DNA of 64,000 bases from Stramenopiles sp. TOSAG23-3 (Eukaryota). Below, in pieces: positions 39,181-50,017 of this stretch. Below the pieces are notes generated by a model that worked only from the letters and a program-made list of their open reading frames with translations, ran no database searches and was not told where the DNA came from. The stretch lies in the NCBI GenBank assembly GCA_900128585.1, contig LT642146.1, positions 1 to 64,000 of the forward strand, read 5' to 3'. The position numbers and the translations under genes are program-made. Position 1 is the stretch's first letter. The number at the start of each line of letters is the position of its first letter.

Positions 39181-41919
39181 ATGTCCTCAAAACGCTCCGT
39201 GATTCGAAAAGAAATTGTCTACCCGGGCCCAGCAGTGTACGCCGTTGCTGACCCAGTCCAGAACACAAAAGGATGTCGCGACTCAGTGTCCTACCAGTTA
39301 GATTCGATAAATTCAAGCAATGCTTCAACAGAAATTCTAGTCATTCAAACTGTTATCAAAAGGGAAGAGATTAAATCCTTTATTGAGAAGCGCTTGGCCT
39401 CCCACGAAGCTTATTGCGAAAGGGGTGCTATTGACCCAGAAACGTTTGACCTTATTCACCAGTTGCAGTTTGCGACCATAATTTGCGTGGAGACGATTGA
39501 AAAATGGAGGCTGCAGCTAACAAGGCCTTACCCCTTCCACTGGAAGCAGCAAAATTATGTGCGGGCGATGGCACGTGATCTAGACTTTGTGTATTTTTCT
39601 AGTGCTATGAAAAAATATTTGCGCCGAGGCAGCAAAAAGAACCCATTCCTTGTTCCCAAAATACAGTTAGAAGAAATGTACCAGCTTCTAACCACAGTGC
39701 TTGTGCCCAGAAGTGGTAACCCAGATATCAGCAATGAAAAAAGGCGACTAAATGCTATGATGAAAAAATTTGCACCGAACGTGCCGCCACTGCGCCTTTA
39801 CGATGCCATTAAATTGATAATAGGAGAAGAGAAAACTTGGGGCCCTGCAGATGGCGTCATGGTTGCGCCCGTATGGGCGTCAGAAGCCAAAGAAGCAAAA
39901 GAAAGACTATTAGGCGGCGGCAAGGGCGGCAGAAAAGCCCCAATGAAGCGAAAAGCGTTACTGGGTGACAAGAAAGAGAATAAACTGGACCCCAAGAAAA
40001 GGTATAAACGATTCAACCCGTTTAAGATTCGTCCACAATTTGTGTGGTCTCCACCCGAAATGCCATCAAAAAAGACAAAGAAAAAAAAGGTGTCGAAAGC
40101 CAAACTATTTTGTATTGGCTTGCGAGTTGCAGGTAGGTACATGCTGCTCACAGCCAAGGATATAGGGGCAGGGCGAACCGCAATTACTGCATACGACATG
40201 CTTAACAATGCGTATCATGAACTCGAGGTGAGAAAAAGTGATCTTCGACAAGCAGTTAATGGTCAACCCGGGAGCCGAGAGTTTGTTCGAATCAAGCGGT
40301 CCAGGTTTCTATTTGTGTTTAATTCCCTTGTTTTCACACCCACGTATAGTTTGAGCGTGGATTATAAAATCGGGGTGCACAAGTTTTTCAAGAAGCCGAA
40401 TGCCAGGCCACCTTCAGTCAAGCATCCCAACCGTTGGACATTTGCCAAGAAAATTGGTTCTCACTGGGTTTCTGTACTTTGTTCTGCCCCTCAAACTTTT
40501 AACTACTTCAAAATCAAGATTTTTCCGATCAAATACCCTCAAATTTCTCAGCGGCTCACCATTCACGAAGCTATTGTTCAAACGATCAAAGATTCGCCGG
40601 GGGGTGCGAGTGGTAAGGTTGTCGATCCAGTTGCAATTTTGAAAATCATTTTACTGGAATGCATCATTTGCGCAGGCTCTCCTCCCATATTTTTTGTTCA
40701 AGATCCTTTCACTAGCCGTCCAAATACACGGGTGAGAGCGCAAATGGAGCAGGTGGAAGCTGGAATACCTTTTGACAGCCGTCCTTCAACGCGTTCTATA
40801 TTTACCCCAACCCTTTTGCAATCCGTACCAATGCCGGAGGACGGTTTGCTTCACATCCAGCCCAACGTGCAAGCTTTGTTAGATGCGGACTTGTATGCAG
40901 CTAAAAGCGTGGATACGTTAGAGCCGACAACGTCGCGACGCGAACGGTATCGGCAAAGTGGTAGAAGGGCGGAAGCCTCTACGGACACTTCCAACCCCGA
41001 AAACTTTGCACAACGTTACGATTATATTAACACGGCACCTATCGTGGACAAGTACTTTGCGCGGACAATCTATCGCGGGGAAATGGGTATGTACGTCATG
41101 CAGCTTAGTTCGACCGTTATGGGAGGCAATAATTTCGTACAGCTGAGCCTGTATCCCGTGACAAGAAACATTCACAATAGTACCAGGTCCATGACTTTAC
41201 AATTTGACAGGTTAATGATTGAAAAATTATACGCTCGGGATTCCCGTTATGATTTTTCAGAAGGGCAGGACGGTTTGATATCCTTATCAAAAGTGCTGCG
41301 CAATCATATCAAAATCAACGACATCGATGGGGCCAACAGCAAATTATCTCTGGTTGATTTGCAAATTCTTTTGCCGACGCCGAACAATGAAAACATCAAA
41401 TCGTTACCGTCTATACATGGTGCACCTGGGAAGAAAATTAAACGCGACCCTGCGAAGAAAGAAAAACAACCAAGGAATAGACGGGCCAAGTCAAAGCAAG
41501 CGAATGCAGCAACGACAATTATGCCAATATTTAAACCTGTTATTGAACGGCAAATTTCTGCAGAGGGCCATAAGCGGGTAAAGCGGCCGTACACCGCCAA
41601 AACACACCGTGACCGGCAGCATTATGCTAAAGTATTTTTACAAAATCTGGTCATCAAAGCTCAGATACAGATTGCCAATGAAATTTCTGATGTTCACAAT
41701 GCAAAGCAACAGGCCGCTCGCTTTTGGCTACGAGACAAAGCCAGGGCTGCAAAAATGCACATTAACCGCCAAACGAAAGCGAAATCCTTTTTGCTGTCTT
41801 TTGTAACGGCAGAGAGAGAAAACCTCCATAAGAAAATTTTGAAGCAGGCAACAGTAGCGAAAGTGATGCCTGGAGCTTCTACAAGCATAATGACGATTTC
41901 GTTGACGAAACGGGAGTGA
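39181..41919 (+). CDS. Hypothetical basic protein (912 aa)
   Basis: Long ATG-initiated ORF with a motif-like N-terminal block (ATIICVETIEKWR...PFHWKQQNYVRAMARDLDF). No function assignable. Confidence 0.75.
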   Translation: MSSKRSVIRKEIVYPGPAVYAVADPVQNTKGCRDSVSYQLDSINSSNASTEILVIQTVIKREEIKSFIEKRLASHEAYCERGAIDPETFDLIHQLQFATIICVETIEKWRLQLTRPYPFHWKQQNYVRAMARDLDFVYFSSAMKKYLRRGSKKNPFLVPKIQLEEMYQLLTTVLVPRSGNPDISNEKRRLNAMMKKFAPNVPPLRLYDAIKLIIGEEKTWGPADGVMVAPVWASEAKEAKERLLGGGKGGRKAPMKRKALLGDKKENKLDPKKRYKRFNPFKIRPQFVWSPPEMPSKKTKKKKVSKAKLFCIGLRVAGRYMLLTAKDIGAGRTAITAYDMLNNAYHELEVRKSDLRQAVNGQPGSREFVRIKRSRFLFVFNSLVFTPTYSLSVDYKIGVHKFFKKPNARPPSVKHPNRWTFAKKIGSHWVSVLCSAPQTFNYFKIKIFPIKYPQISQRLTIHEAIVQTIKDSPGGASGKVVDPVAILKIILLECIICAGSPPIFFVQDPFTSRPNTRVRAQMEQVEAGIPFDSRPSTRSIFTPTLLQSVPMPEDGLLHIQPNVQALLDADLYAAKSVDTLEPTTSRRERYRQSGRRAEASTDTSNPENFAQRYDYINTAPIVDKYFARTIYRGEMGMYVMQLSSTVMGGNNFVQLSLYPVTRNIHNSTRSMTLQFDRLMIEKLYARDSRYDFSEGQDGLISLSKVLRNHIKINDIDGANSKLSLVDLQILLPTPNNENIKSLPSIHGAPGKKIKRDPAKKEKQPRNRRAKSKQANAATTIMPIFKPVIERQISAEGHKRVKRPYTAKTHRDRQHYAKVFLQNLVIKAQIQIANEISDVHNAKQQAARFWLRDKARAAKMHINRQTKAKSFLLSFVTAERENLHKKILKQATVAKVMPGASTSIMTISLTKRE

Positions 41920-41960
41920 AAAAATACGAACGTCACTGTCGCCTGTAAGAATCTTTGATA

Positions 41961-42200
41961 TAAAAACAAGAAAATTGGCTGTTATTTATAAGTAGTAATT
42001 AAATTTAGCGTCCTCATACCCTAATCCTAAATGATATAAAACTTTAGTTTTAAAAACAAGAAAATTGGCTGTTATATTTAAGTAATTAAAATTACTGTAC
42101 TGCGAACTGAAATCTAAGTTTATGATAAAATTTGTCTTCTTCATTTACCGCGAAAGTGAATCTGCTCCTTTTGTCCATGAAAGGTTTACGTTCCTTTTTA
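41961..42200 (+). repeat. Dispersed repeat family, cluster 2 (two head motifs + core)
   Basis: taaaaacaagaaaattggctgttat at 41961 and 42051, then core tcttcttcatttaccgcgaaagtgaatctgctccttttgtccat..aggtttacgttcctttt. Confidence 0.88.
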
Positions 42201-42773
42201 AAAAAAAAACAAAATATATAGTATGTTTTAAGACTCTCATTTTAAATCAAATACGTTCCTTTTTATAAACTCACTGCGAACTTATCTCTGCTCTTGTTTA
42301 GATTTTACTAATTTAATCAATAATATATACCCTTGTCACTTAGTCTTGACTATCTTAATCATTCTCACGTGTACTCCATGCATGATCGTCGGTGTGTGGA
42401 TTTGCGTCGATGTCAAAAGACCCGCAGTCAACTTCCTCATCCAATGTCTCACTCGTAAAGGAACAAGTCCTTGTGTGATTTTCCAAGTAGCGGCGTGAAT
42501 GTTTTAAAGGTGCTCGTTGTCTGTCTTGTAACCAGTCAGGGAATTGTCATTTGTGAGTTGAGGTGTCGGGAGAGGGTCGTTTGGGTCGGTGTGCGTAATC
42601 GGCGTTTGTGGGTTCTAATAAAATCGAATGATTAGCATATTTCTGTTATTTAGATTGTGTGAACAATGAAATTTGTTTCGTCACCCTTTCTATGGTAAAA
42701 ACATAAAAAAAGAGCCTCTTGGACTCCAGAGACCTTCCTTCCCTTACCCTTACCTAGTCCCAACAACCTAAAC

Positions 42774-44183
42774 CTAGACCGATGTTTTATTAGCATATTG
42801 GATCGTTCCACACCTCCCGTTTACATCCCACCCGTCACCAACAATACTTTCGGCCTTTTCTACCCCAGCTTTGTCGATTCCAACGGCTAGGGGCCACTTC
42901 AACGTTCGCAGCGCGAGGACATTTACGTCCGAGAAGTAATCCATTACCTGCTCAAATGAAGTACCAATATGCCACTGTTTTTCTCCCAGAAGCCTCCTAT
43001 AGTTCGCGTCGCCCTTAATTATGACCAATTTTGCTTCTTGAAAAATTGAAAGGAGCGACCTAGGGATACTTGAATACGGGGAAGGAGACGTGTAGAAATC
43101 ATTTGCTACTGTTTTCAAACGCCCATCTTTCATATGCTTGCGTATGGTTTTTGCAAACGGCGCGAACTCTTCGATGGCTTCTAACCACTTGACCGTGTAC
43201 TCAAAATCATCTACCATCACATCTGACACAAAAACTGGCGTGGACTTGCAGTGAAGCTCTACCGTTGAAACAATGTTGTAGGACAGAAGCATGTCTGCGC
43301 AAATCAAATCTGACAGGATTTCCAAGCCACAGTTATCGAGGACGATCACAACTTTCTCTCCTTTTCCCGAACTTACTTTGTGCTGGTCTGATGGCACTTC
43401 TTCCCCCTTCCCGGGCTGGAGGTCTACCCACACACGTTCCGTGTCATCTGCCAAGAGCGCAACGCTGGCGCGCCCCCTTTCCTCGCTTTCGACTTTTCCG
43501 CCCGAGAGCGAAAGGTCGCTTCGGTTTCCCCACAATTGAAACTGTAAAACTGCACGGAACTGTTCGTACGCCAGCACACCCGGAGAGCTCTGCTCGCCAC
43601 GACTTACTAACGTTTTAATGGTTTTCCCAAAAGACTCTCGGGCAACCTTCAGCATATCTCGCTTCTGCCCCGCAAACGGGTCCACCCTGCTTTCCCAGTA
43701 TTGCACAGCGTCGAGAACGCGCCGGTAGAAGTAATTTTCGACGAAAAATGTGGAGGCTTCCTTCAGTTTGATTTCGCCTGCAACGCCGACTAAGTGCTCC
43801 GAATTCCACCCATGGTTGTCCTCGAGGTCATCCAATTTCTTTATGAGGACGTCCCCCCCATGGTGCTTTCCCGAGATCTCCTTTCTTAGCTCCTCCAAAC
43901 GCATCCGTATAATGACGCTACACGCTTGCCCCTTTTCTTTCCAGATCCCAAGGTTTCGCGACACTATTTCGTCTAAAATTGTTGGCAAACGTTCATGGAT
44001 TGTGTTCCTTACAAAGGAATGCGTTGCATTATTCAACTTTAGGACAGGGACTGGTTTTCTAATGGACAAGTTTCGACGTTTGGGAGACGAGGGCCCATCA
44101 CTAAGGCTCCCGGTTTCTTCTTCCCCGTTACTAAGCTTCGCATCCGAGAAAGACCGAACACGTTTGGGTACCTTTCCAGTCAT
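42774..44183 (-). CDS. ARMT1: DUF89 / ARMT1-family damage-control phosphatase
   Basis: ENYFYRR, DPFAGQK, LWGNRSDLS, LDNCGLE, PVFVSD, KGDANYRRL, ALRTLK. Confidence 0.9.
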   Translation of the reverse strand: MTGKVPKRVRSFSDAKLSNGEEETGSLSDGPSSPKRRNLSIRKPVPVLKLNNATHSFVRNTIHERLPTILDEIVSRNLGIWKEKGQACSVIIRMRLEELRKEISGKHHGGDVLIKKLDDLEDNHGWNSEHLVGVAGEIKLKEASTFFVENYFYRRVLDAVQYWESRVDPFAGQKRDMLKVARESFGKTIKTLVSRGEQSSPGVLAYEQFRAVLQFQLWGNRSDLSLSGGKVESEERGRASVALLADDTERVWVDLQPGKGEEVPSDQHKVSSGKGEKVVIVLDNCGLEILSDLICADMLLSYNIVSTVELHCKSTPVFVSDVMVDDFEYTVKWLEAIEEFAPFAKTIRKHMKDGRLKTVANDFYTSPSPYSSIPRSLLSIFQEAKLVIIKGDANYRRLLGEKQWHIGTSFEQVMDYFSDVNVLALRTLKWPLAVGIDKAGVEKAESIVGDGWDVNGRCGTIQYANKTSV

Positions 44184-45237
44184 TGCGACTGCACCTGTTG
44201 TAAAGTGAAGATGACGTTTCTGGGAATTAAAACTCTGCAGTATTCTGCAGATTGTGCTTCAAAAGAAGAATAGCAAGATCTTTTTTTTAATTCGTCGAAT
44301 AAAGTATTATAAAAAATACTTTCTCTTTATCACGCTTCTTCTTGTAAATTTGCTTATATATTTTATTTTTTTCATCGTTCTCTTCTCTTTCCTTTCTTCT
44401 TCTTCGGTGAGCTTCGTGTCACATAGTATACCGGTACAGGTACGAACACAGTCTTATGATGATGTCATCATCCAAATCACAAATCATCACATCTCATCCA
44501 AATTTTATGGTGCGTGTGTTTAGTCAGTGTTGTGTGGTGTTAAAATTATTAAAAAACTTTCATTTTTTCATTTGATGATTTTGATGGACTCTCTTCTTTC
44601 TCCTCGTATTGCCTCAGTGAAAGTAAAAAAAAAACCCCTACCCCCACCAAATAATTTTTAATAATAAGGTATACTTTGTATTATACATAATAAATCACTT
44701 TTTTAAATCTATCTTAAATTGAATAAAAATAACTCGTATATGAATATACAATTTCCTTAATGTATAAACTACTTTTAAAATTGTGACAGGGAATGGGTTA
44801 AGCAGCGGCGAAGCCAACACACTTCTATTAAATAAATAGGCTTTGGCACCAACACTTTGGGCACCAGTGAATTTTATATGAAAAATATACTAGTACTATA
44901 TACGTAGACGACTACTTCTCATATTGTGTAATATAATTATTTATATAGACTATAATAGGACATAATACAATTTTAAACATTTACTTAGTATAATAATATT
45001 TAATAGGTATGTGAATTTATTGAATACAAAATATGAAACAAGTATAAATAAATACGAGGTAATAAAGTCAGCAGGAACCAGGAACGAAGAAGAGAAAGAG
45101 TGAATAGGCGGGAAAAAAAGTGGAGAGGAAAAACATACGAGTTCGTAAAGAAAAATTTTAATAAAAAAAACTCACGTTTTTAATCACGCACAAACGCGCA
45201 TTCTTTTGAATTAAATCCCGACAAGCGATGAGCGATT

Positions 45238-46704
45238 TCATGCTTTATTTGACGTCACATGACTGGGAGTATTGTTTGCCAACAGTGCAGCTTCATTAAT
45301 ATGCGAGAAGCGGCGAACATGTTCATCAGCCGATTGGCTGAGGCGCGAATCGTCCATGTCGTCGGATATGCCGTTCTTTTTCGCATATGCATCGACAACT
45401 ACACAGCCCACACTGTCGCCCATGATATTGCACATCGTTGCCGGGCGGTCCCCGAGCCAATCCAGAGCAATGCACAACAAAAAGGCCGGGGACTCATCCA
45501 CACCCGTCACCCCTACCGTCGCACAAATGGCCTGCAAGAATACCACTGCGCCCGCACCAGGAATGGGGCTCGCCCCCATGGACGTAAGCGCTGCCATGAT
45601 TCCCATCATTACAATTTCGCCGAAGAACAATTTATGGCCTTGCGATAGGATTATGAACATCGAGGCAATAGGGTAATAAATTGCAGTTCCGTCCATGTTG
45701 ACCGTTGCCCCGAGACTGCAAACAAACTTTGCGATGGAAGGCCGAACCTTATTGTTCTCGATGGCACAAGTGATGGTGGCGGGCAAGGTGCAAGCACTAG
45801 AAGCTGTTGTTACAGCGATAAGTGCAGCCTTGCCGACATTTTTCATTTTTGGGTACGCATTTCGTCTGGTGAAAATGAAATATAAGCCAGGCAGAGTTAC
45901 TACTAGGTGCAACAACATCCCAACGTATGTGGCAGCATAAACCAAAACAATTTCTCCCGCCGCCTTAGAGAGGTCCATGGTGGCTGTGATTTTGACCATT
46001 AGGGACAGGAGTGCTATTGGAGTATAATCAACCAACGTTTTAATGCAGTAGAAGCAAATATCATTTACTTCTTTCAGTGCCAAATACAAGCAGTGCGAGT
46101 TGTTTAGGTGTGGATCTGGAACCTTTTCTTGCTCTTCATTGCCCCCCGGCACGTTCATCAGTGCACCCAAGAAAATGGAACATACAATCACCGCCACAAA
46201 CTCATCCTTTGCAAGTGCCATGGTGAAGTTTCCAGGGATCAAGCTATCGATAATGGTCGCAGGGGCCCTCACGGGGTCTGCCTCGAGGCTTCCAGTGCTA
46301 GTGTTGTTGACGCTATCGTGCTTTCCTATAGTAGGCAGTAAAAACAGGCTTCCCATAGTAATGCCCATGACACAAGCAGCGCATGTTGTCGCAATGTACC
46401 ACATGAAAGTTATTTTAGCAAGACCACCAGTATTCTTCAACATTTTCGTCTCGGCAACACTCGTACTCATGTTTGTCAGCATGAAGGGAAGGACAATCAT
46501 TTTCAAGGTTTTGATCCACATATTCCCGAGCAAAGCCAAATATACGACCAACGTTTCGTTTGGTTTGCCATCCTCTGCAGTGCCTTTAACCAGCAGCCCA
46601 ATCAATATACCAATCACGGCCATTGACATTATTTTGTATGCGTCATTGCGCTCCGCCCATACTGTTTTATAGCACCGTGTGTCCAAAATTCTTTCACAGC
46701 ACAT
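45238..46704 (-). CDS. Dicarboxylate/amino acid:cation symporter (SDF / EAAT / SLC1 family)
   Basis: LKMIVLP, TTASSACTLP, LGATVNMDGTAIY, DWLGDRPATMCNIMGD. Confidence 0.92.
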   Translation of the reverse strand: MCCERILDTRCYKTVWAERNDAYKIMSMAVIGILIGLLVKGTAEDGKPNETLVVYLALLGNMWIKTLKMIVLPFMLTNMSTSVAETKMLKNTGGLAKITFMWYIATTCAACVMGITMGSLFLLPTIGKHDSVNNTSTGSLEADPVRAPATIIDSLIPGNFTMALAKDEFVAVIVCSIFLGALMNVPGGNEEQEKVPDPHLNNSHCLYLALKEVNDICFYCIKTLVDYTPIALLSLMVKITATMDLSKAAGEIVLVYAATYVGMLLHLVVTLPGLYFIFTRRNAYPKMKNVGKAALIAVTTASSACTLPATITCAIENNKVRPSIAKFVCSLGATVNMDGTAIYYPIASMFIILSQGHKLFFGEIVMMGIMAALTSMGASPIPGAGAVVFLQAICATVGVTGVDESPAFLLCIALDWLGDRPATMCNIMGDSVGCVVVDAYAKKNGISDDMDDSRLSQSADEHVRRFSHINEAALLANNTPSHVTSNKA

Positions 46705-47346
46705 TATTAGGAAATATGTTTAAAACGTACTTGATATCTACTTTCTTCGCTTCGTTTGAATGAATGTTTTGTTGTAGGAGATGGTGGTTGGTAATGTTTT
46801 TATTTAATTGAGTTTTTACACACTCGACAAACTTGTTTTCAAATTTTCCCAGGATGCTTTTTGCGATCGAACAACGCGACGTTCGAAGCAGGAGTAGAGA
46901 GTCAGGTTGATTTTTTCTCCTACTACTACTACAACGCAAAGAAAAAAAGGATTTTTTTCTTCTTCTATTATTACTGTATCTTTTTTTTTATAAAAAAATA
47001 AATAATAATACTAAATACAGGTACAGAGCACCGTATTGTTTTCGGTCCAAGTTAGTTAGAAAATTATCAAAAAAAAAAAAGAGAGAAATTTTTTTTATTT
47101 AAATCCTAGCAGGGAGTTAGTGTTACACAAAATAACAGCTAATAACATCTAAAATGTTTTCCTGTATTTCGCTCCTCTGGCGTTCCGTTGCTCCGTTGCC
47201 CCTTTTTTTTAATCTTCCTTCCTCCGTCATCCGTCATCCAGTCCGATTCGTGTCGGATTCGAGTTTTTAGGAAATCTATTATTTTATATAAAAATATCTA
47301 AAAATTAAATCATGATGGTGCTGTGCAATGTAAACTATTATCCAAT

Positions 47347-47414
47347 TACAGTTCTTGACCGCACTTCCTAGACTACGCCTAGGAGTAGTCTAGGAAGTGC
47401 GGTCAAGAACTGTA
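47347..47414. repeat. 68-bp near-perfect palindrome (30-bp perfect arms); candidate miniature Tc1/mariner-type foldback element
   Basis: tacagttcttgaccgcacttcctagactac-g-cctagg-a-gtagtctaggaagtgcggtcaagaactgta. Ends read TA|CAG...CTG|TA. Confidence 0.9.
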
Positions 47415-47690
47415 TAGACTTATACAGATACAACAACAAGAGGAGAACAGTTTTGTTGTTGTTGTGTTGTTGTGTTGTTGTGTGTTGTGTGTTGGTTGTA
47501 CTACGATACTTTCTTTTTTTTCGCAATTTTTATAATTAGAGATTACACTCTGTGAAGGAATTAATATCGTTAAAAATCAAATGATCATTACAGTCACATA
47601 ATCCCATTTCCGTTTTCGCAGCAGGATCAAAAATACACCAAGGCACCAACAAATATTATTTTTTTGCCTTTGCATGCTTTGTAAATACGC

Positions 47691-48647
47691 ATGCGATTGG
47701 CAAGAATGGCAAAGAAAACTCACCATACTTTACTTTTTTCCATAGTCTTGCTTGGGTGCGCCGTTGGCGTGCTGGCAGGGCGTTGCGACCGCCCTTGGCT
47801 GCCATATTTAGATACTTCGCAACATAACTATGGAGCTTCATCTCCAAAAATTGTTGATTTGTTGACATTGGCAAGGACGACCGACCGGAACGGTGTAAAA
47901 GACATGGTGCAAAGCCGCCTGCAAATGTCATCGGACCCCACGCTTCAAAACCTCGAAATACCTAAATCCAACATGCAAGTTCAAGGAACGTTTGCTGGTG
48001 TGGCCATATCAATACGTCTTGACAAATCATGCGATTCTTTGCTGAAGGAGCAGCCAGGCTGGCACGGAAAAGTGTCTACCTCAAAATCAAGAAAGAACAA
48101 ACCAGGGGCAAAGCTGCCAAAGTCGTGCTCGTTGGTTTACACCCCAGAAAAAGGATTCATTGGGGAGAGCTTAATTATGTACAACAGCACGGACCCGGAG
48201 AAGGGCACCCTGGTCGTTCTGGTACAAGTTCTTCCGTGCCAGAATGAGCCAAAGACAAACACCGATTACGTCCGGGGGGCAACAGCAGGGTTCGAAAAGC
48301 GTATTGATGTGCTTCAGAACGATGGCATTGGGCTAACTACGGCGGGGTGCATTGCAAGCAATCCACTGGGCGCTCGTGACGAGCAGCCCGTCAAAGTGTC
48401 TTTTACGGACGTCGCTCATGAAGTTGGGTTGCGGGCAAACCAAAGTGTTGTGAAAACGTCCCCAAATTGTTTGTTTTCGTCCTACGACAAAAACCTTGAG
48501 CGCTGGGACAGAGGCGGATTCTGCGTCGAGGAAACTTTGACAGGTGGGGCGTGCGTTGGCGACGTCGACGGAGATGGTATCGATGACCTCTATTACCCAC
48601 GGATGCACGGCGCAGACGTACTTTACCGCAACCGCGGTGATGGTACA
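47691..48647 (+). CDS. Secreted protein N-terminal part ending in an FG-GAP/VCBS repeat (truncated at the junction)
   Basis: Signal peptide; FTDVAHEVGL; GDVDGDGIDDLY...LYRNRGDGT. Similarity stops at 48647. Confidence 0.7.
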
Positions 48648-49923
48648 GCCGGGGCTATTAGCATTTCATACCCTTTGGGCGCGCGAACACAACTACAATG
48701 CAAAGCGAATCTCACGGACGTACCCAACGATGAGCGATGAGAATGTGTTCCAAGCGGCGCGCCGGCAGACCATCGCCGTGTACCAAAACATCTTGATGTA
48801 TGAGTGGCTGCCAATTCTGCTGGGAAAAAAATACTTTGAAGAGCATGTCGGTCCGTACAAGGAATACAATGCTAGTGTGGACCCACGGATATCAAACGAG
48901 TTTACCACAGTCGCGTTCCGCTTTGGGCACTCTCAAGCGTCGGATAGCCTGCATCGCCTGGGGCCGGACCTGAAGCCGACGTATGCCGGACCGTTGCATC
49001 TCAAAGATACTTACTTTACGCCCGACAGGGTATTGAACGAGGGAGGTTTGAATCCAATGGTGCGGGGAATGATAAGAAAGCGTTGCCAAGCCATCGACAC
49101 AAAAGCGTCGGACGGGATACGAAACCACTTGTTTGCAACGGCCACGTCCGGGTTTGATCTGGTTGCGCTTAATATTCAGCGTGGGCGTGACCACGGTATA
49201 ACGGACTACAACTCACTTCGGGCCGCCTACGGATTTGCAAAACGACAGAGCTTTGAAGAAATCAGCTCCGATCCTGTAATTGTGAATAACTTAAAATCAT
49301 TGTACAACGACGACGTAAACAATATTGACGCGTTTGTGGGGGGGTTGGCCGAGGATCACGCACAAGGAGCAAGTCTCGGCGAATTGTTTCAGCACATCGT
49401 AGCAGACCAGTTTCGACGCAGCAGGGACGGGGATGCGTACTGGTTCGAAAATAAACGGGATGGCGACAGCGATGAAGTTCCGTTCAGTTCCGATTACATC
49501 AGGGAACACGACAACATGCTGCAAATGCTTAAACGGAATACTCAAATGGGCGAGTTAAGCCTGGCGGGTGGTTCTGACTCCGCCTTTCGCATTGGGCATG
49601 AAGATGGCACTTGCTTCATGGCGGAGGAATTGTGCGTTACTATGACGCAGGGTGCCCGGAAGGACGCCGTTGGCGACAACGCTGGAGAATCCCAAGGCAA
49701 AGAAAAAGCGCCCTCTTCGGTGGTGACGGACAAGGAGAAAACTTTGCGGGACAAAGTCATCGAGCTGTACCAAAAGGGTGTCGATTTTTTCACCGAAAGG
49801 GCGAATAATGCCGACAAGGTCATGGAAGAAGCGACAAAGCGAGGAATTTCACCGGAAAAGTTGCTTAAGCACATGGACAAAAAGTACCCGTACGGAAGGG
49901 CAGACTACGAGGCACGGTTGTAA
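48643..49923 (+). CDS. C-terminal half of an animal-type heme peroxidase (peroxidase-cyclooxygenase superfamily), out of frame with the upstream part
   Basis: PGLLAFHTLWAREHN, EWLPILLG, NEFTTVAFRFGHS (proximal His), DLVALNIQRGRDHG, IDAFVGGLAE, QFRRSRDGD. The distal-His region and GDxR are missing. Confidence 0.85.
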   Translation, partial: VQPGLLAFHTLWAREHNYNAKRISRTYPTMSDENVFQAARRQTIAVYQNILMYEWLPILLGKKYFEEHVGPYKEYNASVDPRISNEFTTVAFRFGHSQASDSLHRLGPDLKPTYAGPLHLKDTYFTPDRVLNEGGLNPMVRGMIRKRCQAIDTKASDGIRNHLFATATSGFDLVALNIQRGRDHGITDYNSLRAAYGFAKRQSFEEISSDPVIVNNLKSLYNDDVNNIDAFVGGLAEDHAQGASLGELFQHIVADQFRRSRDGDAYWFENKRDGDSDEVPFSSDYIREHDNMLQMLKRNTQMGELSLAGGSDSAFRIGHEDGTCFMAEELCVTMTQGARKDAVGDNAGESQGKEKAPSSVVTDKEKTLRDKVIELYQKGVDFFTERANNADKVMEEATKRGISPEKLLKHMDKKYPYGRADYEARL

Positions 49924-50017
49924 GCAGGGGATAGCGCGCGGAACAGGTCTTTCTTGCCCCATGTACTTTTGAATAATTCTTAAGAGAGTAATTTTACGTG
50001 TGTTTAAATTTTTTTTT

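Noticed and set aside
42340-42612. Possible retroelement relic on the minus strand (TWKITQGLVPLRVRHW)
   Set aside because: Too short, and no RT or endonuclease motif is visible to support it.
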